A stretch of 61,688 nucleotides of DNA, counting the filler, from Nemertoderma westbladi (Eukaryota; Animalia; Xenacoelomorpha): assembly GCA_032718475.1 (NCBI GenBank). It is 3 parts of 3 records of this genome, joined end to end, with 100 filler letters (N's around TTAATTAATTAA, not from the genome) between each part and the next. Parts side by side here need not be neighbours in the genome. Positions count along the whole stretch, not along the records: positions 17,057 to 40,305 come from JAUCBJ010007899.1; positions 40,406 to 61,688 come from JAUCBJ010003274.1; 1 more part is not named here. One strand, 5' to 3'. The position numbers and the translations under genes were made by a program. Positions within the stretch are counted from its first letter, which is position 1. Each line of letters begins with the position of its first letter. Under the pieces are notes generated by a model. That model saw only the letters and a program-made list of their open reading frames with translations, ran no database searches and was not told the origin of the DNA. Below, in pieces: positions 36,036-51,825 of this stretch.

Positions 36036-39000
36036 TTGGAATTAATTGTCATCATCATTAATACTGTTCAAACTATATTATGTAGACACGGCCAAAAAAT
36101 AACGCTTATTTTCGTAATACCTTTCATTGCTATGATAATAGTAAATAGTTTTCCAAATATTTCCCGCAATTATCTACAACAGTTGGGAAACATAGGAAAA
36201 GTAACTACTATGTTTTACATAAAATATGCCGCTATACTAGCAACAATTTTCTACTTGAGAACTATATCCTCGGTCTACATAATTAATGAATTTATTCATT
36301 ACACCAACTACACAATCACAATATTCATACTATATTCAGCAATAATCATATTCCGTATATATAAATCAAATTTATATTTTTTTTTATTACCAAAACTATT
36401 TACCATGTTTCTGTGTATGTATATAATTATATCGGTAACGTGCAGGAGAGCAGTCCGTTTGGTTTGGCCATTGACACCGGTAATTTTGATCTGGTTTGTT
36501 ATGAGCGTCAGCTACCGTATTGTATCGTATACTAATAATTATGTTAGAGTACGAGTACACTATATTACTACATATTATCTGTTGCAAATATTATATATGC
36601 AAATATATGGCACTACAGGACTGGTTAATTGGTTTACATATAATATATATATATCATTTACATATTTTTGTAACAGAGAGCAATGTGGGATTACTGACAA
36701 CAATAGTAGTTATGCCAGACGCAAAATTAACAGAATCCCATATTCAAACAAAACGATAAAACAACGATATTTTCTCACTCTAGCGACATCGTTTTCCTTA
36801 CTTTTAACAATTACAATTTTTTCAAAATCCGTGATAAATTCTGCTGCTGCTGACTGTGTAGCTATAGTAGCGCTAACATCAATAATGACAATTATTGCAT
36901 ACTCTCTAACAAGAGCTATCGCTTGCCGGTATGGCAATCTGAATGTAAAACATATCGCAGCTATAATAGTAAAACTTACCGTAGCAACTTTAATTTGGCA
37001 ACCTGAAATATTATTTAACAATCAGCACACTTTTACCAAGGTAACCAACAAACAAATAAATATTATGAAAACTACCGCCAACTACATGCAATTAACAAAA
37101 TTTTCCATACAAACCTTAAGATACTGCCTCTACATTCACATGACTGCCAGATTTAACCTATTAATTATCGCATTGATAACACTTGACCTTTTACACCGCG
37201 CAGGAGATATACACCACAATCCTGGACCAATTGAAAGCCAGAACACGAGCCACAACGCTACCACAGAAATACGAAATTATATAATAAAAAATAACAATGT
37301 CCTTAAATTCATGCACATAAATAGCTCAAGCCTTATCAAGCATTTTTCTGAGTTAAAGGACATATTACACGGCATAGACAACAATATCATAATTTGAATT
37401 TCGGAATCGTGGCTAAAATCAAATGTATCAACAAAATCTATAAGATTACCAGGCTTCACACCATATAGGGACGACAGAAAAAGACAAAAGGGGGGTGGAA
37501 CTGTACTTTATATTCCTAATAATATGCAGCAAAATATACGGCATGACATTAAATCAAAACATAATAAAAACTATTACGAATCTATATGGGTTGAAATAAA
37601 TAAGGAAACAATAGTGGGTGTTGCATATAATCGTTCAAGGAAAACTGCACAAAACTTTCTTACACACTTTACAGATGAAATCGAAAATGCAATTCATAAC
37701 GCTAACCGCAAAATAGTCATAATGGGCGACTTCAACATTGACCTTAACCAAAACTGTACTGATCACGATCCTAACACAAATAAGCTGGAGGAAATAACAA
37801 AACTATATAACCTCGAAATACTAGACAGGACAAAACCAACACGTTACAGTAAAACAACTAACACCGTAATTGATATTTTCATTACAACACCAAATTACCT
37901 TCACGATCATCAGGCACTGCCATGCGACTTCTCAGACCATGAATATATAATTGCAAAAACAGACAAAATCGTAAGCCCCGTAAAGAAACAGAATCAGTAC
38001 CATTACATCCGTGATTACAGTACATTTAATGATAACAACTTCACTCAGGATATTAACAAAATTAGCTGGGACTACATATACTCACAAACTGACATCAATT
38101 CAAAATATCAATACTTTGAAACGCAGATTGAAACAGTTATTAACAAACACGCTCCACTGCAATATAAACGTATATCAAATAATAGGAGCAAAAACAAAAT
38201 AACAAATAAACCACCTTGGTGGAATGACTATTTGCAACATTTACATGACATAAAGAACACAACATTACAATTGTGGCGCCAGAACAAAAATATAGAAGCA
38301 CACAAAGAATCTAAAATAGCAAGAAATAAATTTAACACCTACAACCGGCAAATGAAAAATAAATATATTAAAAATAAATTTAACAATAGCTGTACAAGTA
38401 GAGACAAATGGAAAGTTATAAACAGAATACTTAACAAGGACAAGAAAACATGTACAATAACAGCGCTTAATGACATTAGCAATACTACAACAAATTCAAA
38501 ACGCATGGCGACTATTTTTAACACAACCTATATTGCAATGGGGACCTTCACAGGAATCCCTAACTTAGCAAATAACATTAATATATTAACAAACCCCATT
38601 GTAATGCGGGACCAACGAAATTTACCATGCTTTAGTTTCTCGAATATTCATGAATTCTTGATAGATGATATCATAGATGGACTTAACATTAACAAATCAG
38701 CTGGCCCCTCACCAATCACACCGAAACTGCTGAAGCTAATAAAACCTAAAATAATTGCCCCACTAACTTACCTCATAAATGAATGTATAACCAGATCTAC
38801 ATTTCCAACTAAATTGAAAATAGCAGAGGTAACTCCAGTTTTCAAAAAAGGGGACCGACTACAGCCAGAAAACTATAGACCCATATCAATAACATCGGCA
38901 CTTGAGAAAATATTCGAAAAGGTTTTATACATTCAAATAACACACTATCTGGACAAACACAAGCTAATAAACAAAACTCAATTTGGATTTAGGAAATCTT

Positions 39001-40229
39001 ACTCCACTAGGGATGCTATACTATATGCGACAGAATCTTGGCGCAATTACTTAAATACTGGTGAATATGTAGCTATTGGAGCCCTAGACCTTAGCAAAGC
39101 ATTCAATTCATTGAACCACACAATATTATTACAAAAATTAGGCGAGTTTGGATTCCACAACACTGCTATCTCTATGCTGCGCACTTTTTTAGTAAACAGA
39201 TATCAAAGAGTGAAACTCAACGGAACCACTTCTGAGTGGAAACTAATCAATCACGGAATTCCACAGGGAACACTCCTTGGCCCGATTATATTTTTAATGT
39301 ATGTAAATTCCATAGCTAGCAAAAGTAAACTCCAACTAATCCAATATGCAGACGACACCTTAGTATACTGTCATGATAAAAATCCAAACAGAGCTGCAAT
39401 ATCATTGAGTAAACACATAAATGAACTAAAGGACATTTTTAGCTCTTTGCACCTCCAACTAAATAACGATAAGACTGAATTCATGTTAATATCCCCAAAT
39501 TCTAGAACAGACGAGATAAATAGCATACAACTGGATCTCAGTGAGGATACAAATAAACAGACTAACATTCCACAATCTACACACATCAATTACCTTGGTC
39601 TAACCATTGACAACAAACTTGAATGGCGCGAACAAATTAAGATCACCTCAAATAAAATGATCCAGGCCGTCTCTGGACTTCGGCAGATAAAGGGTCAGCT
39701 ACCAGTAGGCACAAAACTAAATATTTATAAGGCTACAGTATTACCATACCACAATTACTGCTGTGAAGTACTAGTATCATTGCATAATGTCCACGGCTTT
39801 AAAACTATCTTATATAGCTTAGAGAAAATACAAAACTATGGACTTCGCATTGTCCATAGCAAAAAGATTTCTGATATTTCTGGCACCGAATTACGTCGTC
39901 TATCAAAACTACCAACACTAACAGCCCTTAGGGAATATTTTGCTTTACGATTTTTTTATCAATATATATTCAAAATTACCAAACCATTCCAAAACTTAGA
40001 ACTACCATTTATTAGCAACAGTCAGAAACAACTATTAAACCCGAGAACGAATAAAGTAAAAATTCCAATAACGAAAAACACAATATCATACAACAGCGCT
40101 ATGTTAAGTTTTGCACGCCTATGGAACTGCACAAATAAAACACTAACACTCATAAGGCAATACAAGGAATTCATGCGCGCGTTAAAAAAACACTTTCATA
40201 CAAAATACGACAGAAATGCAATTACATAA
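36036..40229 (+). CDS. LINE ORF2 (CR1/L2 group): hydrophobic N-terminal extension, 2A-like motif, APE endonuclease and RT; one in-frame TGA
   Basis: ORFs 36036-37397 and 37524-40229 share a frame. Motifs: GDIHHNPGP (37203-37229); APE MHINSSSL, I*ISESWL (TGA 37395-37397), GGGTVLY, MGDFN and SDH; RT NYRPIS, LDLSKAF, GIPQG, YADD and YLG. Confidence 0.88.
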
Positions 40230-40305
40230 CTTCAACTAAAAGACAACAACCAGTTACAATTATTCAACCGTTTTTTAACGAACAGTATTATTAACTGCCA
40301 CTAGC

Positions 40306-40405
40306 NNNNNNNNNNNNNNNNNNNNNNNNNNNNNNNNNNNNNNNNNNNNTTAATTAATTAANNNNNNNNNNNNNNNNNNNNNNNNNNNNNNNNNNNNNNN
40401 NNNNN
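40306..40405. other. Scaffold gap with artificial TTAATTAATTAA spacer
   Basis: 44 N + TTAATTAATTAA + 44 N. Confidence 0.98.
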
Positions 40406-40720
40406 AATGTTGTTTGTCCGGGAATTATTTCAGTGTTTTTCTTATTTTTTTAGCAATCAACAATTCAATCAAATGACCGATATTCGCTCGGGTATAAGTT
40501 TATTTTCTATATAGAGTTTATTATTATCGCTCCACCGTACTCTGTCACACGAGAATCGCATTAAATAACTCAACAACCGTTTGGCTTTCTGAGATGAAAT
40601 TACCACACCATCTAGCGGTTGTATTATTTTATTGCTTTTCTTATTATAAGTATCCGATAATAAAGTAGAAACTAGATACAATTTCTTAAAATTTCCAGGG
40701 CTAATCTCGCTATTTTTCAT
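40406..40720 (-). pseudogene. Probable Polinton/Maverick conserved hypothetical gene fragment (continuation of the element beyond the hAT insertion)
   Basis: KAKRLLSYL...VRWSDNNKLYIENKLIP resembles, from memory, a conserved Polinton/adintovirus ORF. Same strand as, and downstream of, the ATPase once the insertion is removed. Confidence 0.55.
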
Positions 40721-41085
40721 CGTTATATATCATTATTAATATATTAATACTATATACTAAGAGTTCACGTTCATGGACCGATAAACAGTTGCCCCAATGA
40801 TTGAAAAATGTTTAACCTAATTTGGTGAAAAACCAGTGCTGGATTAAGCCTCTGGAGGCCCTAAGGCACATTTTAGTAATTTCCAAAAATGGCCCGAAAA
40901 TTGATATTTTTCCGCAAACCCTTTCAAAAGAAAAAGCTGCTAAAAACAACTGAAATTGTGAAAATATTGCGAAGTAAATATAAAGTATTTTAGTTGGATG
41001 ACTGTGTGTAAATAAGTACTAAGTACTATTTTGTGATAGACAAAGTGTAGCAGTTACAAAATTGGTTCTAGAAGATCCAAATGGC

Positions 41086-42288
41086 ACCCCTGGTTTTAAA
41101 AACTTTTAGTGTCATGAAAAATACCGTAAAATCTGTGACTGCCAGCTCTTATATAATGATCTGCATAGCAAAAAAAAATATTTTTTAAAATATTTTATCG
41201 AGCTCCTTTTTTTTAGCACCTAAAAATGTGTTCTAGAACATTTTTTTGGTGGTGTGCGGAGTGTCGAATTTAGGTAACTTGAATACTGATTCCTTATATT
41301 AGCCATTATATGCGAAATTCGCTCAGGATTTCAAATCTGCAAACAGTTTCATCATATCTTGTTTAGTTTTCGAGATATCGTGAAAAATGTGATGCGCACC
41401 CAAAAAGTGCGTGCGGCGCCAAATTTTCAATTTTCAGTAAATTGAAATATTCACTAAAAAATAAAAATTATCGATTTCTATAGGTTTTTTGCGATGCTGA
41501 ATGCAATGGTAATATTTTCCAGAAGGCTGGGTGAATTGTCATACTACTTTTCATTTGGTGCTGAAATTTGGAAAATGAAAATCAAATTTTCAACCATTGG
41601 AAATTTTCAATATAAAGCTCTGATTTACGATTTATTAAGATTCTGTGTGTTGCTGAATGTAACAGTAATGTTTTCTCAATAAGAGGTTTACTGTGTATAC
41701 AATTTTTACTAAACTGTCTAAAAAATATGATGAGATATATTTAAATTCTAATTCATACGTTTGTATTATTGTCATCCTACTTATATATTCTAAAATATTT
41801 CAAAACACAATACTTCGATTAATTATCTTTATGTATTTTTATTAAACTTTTATGAATATTTATATAACTTTTACAAAGTTTTGTATAACTTTTAGAGATT
41901 TTCTATGACTTTTTTCGGATTTTTCTATAACTTTTAGAAAATTTTATACCGCTTTTAATACATGTTTTGGAAATTATTATATAACTTTTGGTAATTTTTA
42001 TACAGCTTTTGCTAACGAATATGATGCTTTGGGAAACATTATATACATAGTAAACCAGTTATCCAGAAAATAATACTATAGCATTCAAAACCATACAAAA
42101 CCTAAAAAAAATAGCTAATCATAGGTTTAAACGGGATATTACCAAACTTATAAAATTTGTCATTTTTGTTTTTAAAATATCAGCAGCCAATGAAAAGTAG
42201 CACAACAATTCACTCAGACTTTTGGAAAATATTACCATTGCATTCAGCATGGCAGAAAACCTATAGAAATCGATAATTTTATTTTAAT
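41086..42288. mobile_element. AT-rich MITE-like fragment with internal inverted repeat
   Basis: ~41460-41520 (AAAATTATCGATTTCTATAGGTTTT...GCTGAATGCAATGGTAATATTTTCC) recurs inverted at ~42223-42285; no coding capacity. Confidence 0.55.
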
Positions 42289-42498
42289 TCGTTATATATC
42301 ATTATTAATATATTAATACTATATACTAAGAGTTCACGTTCATGGACCGATAAACAGTTGCCCCAATGATTGAAAAATGTTTAACCTAATTTGGTGAAAA
42401 ACCAGTGCTGGATTAAGCCTCTGGAGGCCCTAAGGCACATTTTAGTAATTTCCAAAAATGGCCCGAAAATTGATATTTTTCCGCAAACCCTTTCAAAA

Positions 42499-46868
<4,370 letters not shown>

Positions 46869-47054
46869 TTCAAAAGAAAAAGCTGCTAAAAACAACTGAA
46901 ATTGTGAAAATATTGCGAAGTAAATATAAAGTATTTTCGTTGGATGACTGTGTGTAAATAAGTACTAAGTACTATTTTGTGATAGACAAAGTGTAGCAGT
47001 TACAAAATTGGTTCTAGAAGATCCAAATGGCCATGTTTTACAAACCAATATTCA

Positions 47055-49042
47055 CGTTGTCTCCCCTAAATCCCGTAATAATTCCTATAATATCAAAATT
47101 TCCGTACTAAAAGTGTTATTTATTTTTTACGCAAATTGTGTTATATTGTATGGAAATTTGTAGCATTTTTGAAATCATTAAGTTGTATTAATTTTCTAGA
47201 ATATTAGCTACAGCATTTTTACATAATTATACTAAGGTAGGGATTCCCCATGAACATTATGAAATTGGCCTACAATTATTCTAGAAAATTTTAAGTTTCC
47301 CATTTCATTTAGCGCAATGTAGGCTACTATACTATACAGAGACTAGGCCATCATAAATAATTTTAAAGTTATTCTGGTATGTATTCAAGGTTATCACTTA
47401 GCCACAATTGTGAAAAAATATAGCACTAAATTTTTTATCCTAATTGAGCGACAAGTCGTAATTACGAATGCGGCCCCTTAACTGGGCAAATCTCTCCCTC
47501 TCCGCTATATTTTTTTTACAAATATTTAATGATATCAGGAAAACATTGAAATATAGATAGGCAGTATGCACTCGAATTTTTCGGTAGGTAGGAGAAATTA
47601 ACTTTCTCACTACTTACTTTGCAAGCGTTTGCAAATAGTGTCTCCTCAATATTGCATCCTTTGTACATCAAGAAATATTGGTATATTTTTGCTGCTTTGT
47701 TGTTGCCGCTGGAAAGGCGGCATACAAGAGTAATGTATGTAAAGTGCAGGCTGACATGACTGGCATATTGGCATGGCATTAATTGCATTTCCTCTGATGT
47801 TTTGTGTGGCCATTTATTTGGTACGCAGCAAACTTCGGCCGGAGAAAGCTTCGCCCTCAAAATGATTATTAGCAACATTGTTTATTGTTTTGGTTAGAAA
47901 AAGTCATATGTAACCTGCCGTTTCTGGAATCTGATCACTTCCCCCGATCAGACGAAGATTGGACGCGGGTGAAGACGCGCCAAACCATTTATTTCACAAA
48001 TATTCTTGAAATACAAAACTATTTACATGATTGTGTGAAAACTAGCACTTCTCAGAGTTATGACCCGAGTGTATTTATCTAACGAGCGAGTGGAGCGAGT
48101 GAGGTTTACATAAATATAAACGCTGTTAACAGAACAGTGCCCTTTTCACACAATGGTGAATGATGTATTGGGTGCGTAATTTTGTTACATTATGTGAACT
48201 TGTCTGCGTTTTCAACGCTTATAATTATTATATTTAAATATTGATATGTTTACTCTCTAGTGATATAAGTGAAATTTATATCCTTTTTAAGAAGTTGCTT
48301 GCAGTTATTGTAACAAATGTAAGCCTAACGTAAATAATCTTACACTTACAGTACAATATAGCTCTCATCGATAGACTGAGAACAGTCAAGACGTTTAGGA
48401 GTTTATTGCTATTAAGTTATGAATACTTTGCAGGATTCCGTAGAAAGCTGATAAGTTGTCATAATAATGTAACAAAATACATAATATGTTCTAGAATGGT
48501 TTGTATGTTAAATAGTCCGATGGCAGAGGTATGAGAATGAAAATGGTGGGAATGGGCGTCGCCTAAGTCCTGAGTGCCTTGGAGTGAGTTTCACAAAACA
48601 GTAGATCCATCTCTTAGAAACGCTGACCAACCATTCTGCCAAATTAACTACAGCTGTGTCACAATGTATCTACTGTACAGTATAATGTTCTCCTGTACCA
48701 CTATATTAAGCAAAAACCCCCATGAGGGGATCAGCTTCACAGCCTGACTTCGCAGAGAGACCCGAGCCGTGAAATATGTCTTCCGCCAATGAAGAAAGGG
48801 CAACAATGAGTAATAATTCAATTAAACTGATTAGTCTGTCACCTGCCCGCAGTCGAAATATTGAGGGAGGGAAGTTTCTACTGTAACATCATCAATGGTC
48901 ATTCTATTTACATAGAGAAATTAAATAAAAACGCTTAAATTACCTTTATTACTGTATTACTGTATTATTTCCCGCTAAAATATTGAGATTTTTAAACAGA
49001 GTCCGTAATAAATACCGTTATTTATATTATCCCCCAAAAATT
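47055..49042 (+). repeat. ~2-kb repeat, copy 1 (lacks the last ~75 bp of copy 2)
   Basis: Colinear with 51826-53862 apart from scattered substitutions and indels. Confidence 0.92.
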
Positions 49043-49130
49043 TACAGCCAAAAATTTACAGGGTTTTACAGCCACCCGAAAATCGAGAACTTCTATCTTC
49101 AAATTACAATTCGCCATCAGTTTATCTTGT

Positions 49131-51194
49131 TTATGGAAGGGAATAAAGGCGCATGTCCCTGTACTCCATTGGCTGCCACGTTATGGGATTAGAAGTAACC
49201 TGAGAGGCGATTTGATTGGTGGTTGCACAGTTGGAGTGATGCATATTCCTCAAGATATGGCTTACGCAATGCTGGCGGGCCTACCTCCTGTATATGGTCT
49301 GTATTCAGGATTCGTAACTCCTTTGATTTACTTTCTGTTTGGAACTTCGCGACATATTTCATTAGGTGGTATCGCCGTTGTAAGTATGATGTATGGAACA
49401 ACAGTTAACAGTCTAGTGCCAGACCCTAGCCAAGTCAGTGGTGAAAGCAATAATATAACAACCCAAACTTCTTACACTACCGAATACATTAGTTGCGTTA
49501 TGACGTTGTCTTTCCTAGCGGGATTGATACAGATTGGTTTAGGCGTTCTTCAACTCGGGTTTATTGGCGAATATTTCTCTGACCCTTTAGTGAAAGGATT
49601 CACAACTGCAGTGGCTGTCTATGTGGCTGTCAGTCAAATCAAATCGGTGTTAGGCATTACTATTCAAATGAGAGGAAACACATTTGGTTTACCTTTAACT
49701 ATAATAGATATAGCAAAGAAAGTACCGGAGGCCAACATCACCAGTGTTATTATATCGGTGATCGCGATGCCGACAATTTTAACTGTGAAACTCCTAAATA
49801 TTCGCTTTAAGAAACATATTCCAATTCCGATACCAATTGAACTGATTGCCCTGATTGTTGGAACTATGGTTTCCCATTTTTTCAACTTCAATGAGAGATA
49901 TGGCGTACCAATTGTTGGCTACATACCTACCGGTTTGCCTATTCCTCAACTACCGAGTAGTAAGTTTCTCAGCTCTGTGGGCGAGGCCTTCCCGATAGCT
50001 GTGGTTGCCTTCGCCATAGGTTTATCCATGTCGAAAACCTTCTCTAAAAAACAGAAATACTCAGTGGACGCAAACCAAGAATTGCTAGCACTAGGCCTAT
50101 GCGGGACAATAGGATCTCTACTCAGTTGCTACACCCCGTCAGCCAGCCCTTCCCGGTCCGTTGTACAAGAGGACGTTGGCGGACGAACCCAGGTGGTCAG
50201 CATAATCTCCAGCTCCATCATACTGATTATGCTGTTAGCAGCAGGTCCGCTGTTCTATAGCCTTCCCACCTCTATACTTGCGTCTATTGTTATTGTTGCT
50301 CTGCGTGGATTGCTACTCCAATGTAGAGTTCTTCCTCGTTTATGGCGAATCTCTCTTTATGATTTCTCTATATACATCGTCACATGCCTCGCTACACTCC
50401 TACTTTCACCCACTATTGGTCTTCTCATCGGCCTCTCATTCAGTCTCTTCACCGTTATCGTAAGGATCCAACGCCCGAGCTGCTCCCTTCTAGGCCGTCT
50501 TCCACATACTGATCTGTATCGCGACATCCTGTATTACGACATGGCCAACCAAATAAACGGTGTTAAAATATTTCGTATGAACATGTCATTGTGTTTCATT
50601 AATGTTGAACATTTTATTGTTTCTTTATACAAATTCACTGGATTTAATCCCGCTCTATTACTGAAACAACAACTAACGCAGGTGAAAATAACCAATACAG
50701 TTGAAACGCCTTCTAGCGGTTGGTCTATGAATAGACTATTTCGTCGTCGACCCCCTACCCCAACAATCGCTATAGATTCCTCTAGTTGTTACTCGAATTC
50801 AAGCTTTGTTGATACAGAAAATGAAGTCAGTACATCACCTAACCGTAACGTTGACAACAACTCCGCTAAGGCCCCGCCCGTAATTCGTGTTATTATTTTG
50901 GATTGCGAGTCGTTTAATTTCGTCGACTCGGTTGGAGTTTCGACTTTGGAGCAGCTGTTTCTCGAGTGTCGTTCTGTCGGGGTTCGACTCTATCTCGCGA
51001 AGTGCCGACACAAAATCCGATCCATGCTCAAATCGACGGGGTTCTTCGACACTTGTCCGAAGGACCAAGTTTTCCTTAGTGTTCATGATGCTGTCTTACA
51101 GGCCGTCAGTGAGGACCCAGAACTTACTGCAGAGCTCTCGGATATTGGAACAAACCCGACTAATATGTCTACTGTTATTTCAACTCAATTGTAA
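49131..51194 (+). CDS. SLC26/SulP anion transporter (prestin/SLC26A5-A6-like) with STAS domain; no introns in this span, native start not visible
   Basis: PVLHWLPRY...GDLIGG.TVG..HIPQ.MAYA.LA, YGLYS, FGTSRH, DANQEL and SRS motifs; STAS ILDCESFNFVDSVG and FLSVHDAV; C-terminal STQL. Frame is open and homologous upstream of the TTG at 49212. Confidence 0.93.
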   Translation, partial: LWKGIKAHVPVLHWLPRYGIRSNLRGDLIGGCTVGVMHIPQDMAYAMLAGLPPVYGLYSGFVTPLIYFLFGTSRHISLGGIAVVSMMYGTTVNSLVPDPSQVSGESNNITTQTSYTTEYISCVMTLSFLAGLIQIGLGVLQLGFIGEYFSDPLVKGFTTAVAVYVAVSQIKSVLGITIQMRGNTFGLPLTIIDIAKKVPEANITSVIISVIAMPTILTVKLLNIRFKKHIPIPIPIELIALIVGTMVSHFFNFNERYGVPIVGYIPTGLPIPQLPSSKFLSSVGEAFPIAVVAFAIGLSMSKTFSKKQKYSVDANQELLALGLCGTIGSLLSCYTPSASPSRSVVQEDVGGRTQVVSIISSSIILIMLLAAGPLFYSLPTSILASIVIVALRGLLLQCRVLPRLWRISLYDFSIYIVTCLATLLLSPTIGLLIGLSFSLFTVIVRIQRPSCSLLGRLPHTDLYRDILYYDMANQINGVKIFRMNMSLCFINVEHFIVSLYKFTGFNPALLLKQQLTQVKITNTVETPSSGWSMNRLFRRRPPTPTIAIDSSSCYSNSSFVDTENEVSTSPNRNVDNNSAKAPPVIRVIILDCESFNFVDSVGVSTLEQLFLECRSVGVRLYLAKCRHKIRSMLKSTGFFDTCPKDQVFLSVHDAVLQAVSEDPELTAELSDIGTNPTNMSTVISTQL

Positions 51195-51825
51195 ATTATT
51201 TCTAGTTTAATATAGTTATCGTATAGCCATAAAATATAAGAAGTGGTCAGCGTCAGATGACAGTGCGGTATTAATTTATTTTGTAGTTAGTATAAGTATT
51301 ATTAATTATAGTATGTAGTCCTTGACTAGCTATTACTAATGTAAATAAGTATTTAAAGCAATAATACTTGAATATTTTTATTTTTATTATTAGTGATACA
51401 TTGCATTATTATTATTTATTTTTCAATTGGACATTATTTTTACGTTTTCCTTAGAACGCAGGTAAATTAGCAAAGTCATTAAATATCACAGTTTAACATT
51501 ATTTTCGAGGATTAGCTGCCATTCGTTCTCATAAATACTTAAAAAATAATTAATTAAGATTCATGTCAAATACCTTTTATACTCAATGCGCCATATTTAA
51601 TACATTTTTTAGCTTTTAGAAATATAATAATCCTTTTTGTACGAAATATATATAATTTATATTTAATATATATAATGATATCATGAAATTATCGTTTCTT
51701 TCATAATTTAAACAGCGTATTGCATTTTAAATATATGTTATGTAGTACATTATTTTAACTATGTTTGTGGTGATTCATCAATCACGCTACCCTCGGTAAA
51801 TAACACAATCCTAGAGTATAAATAA

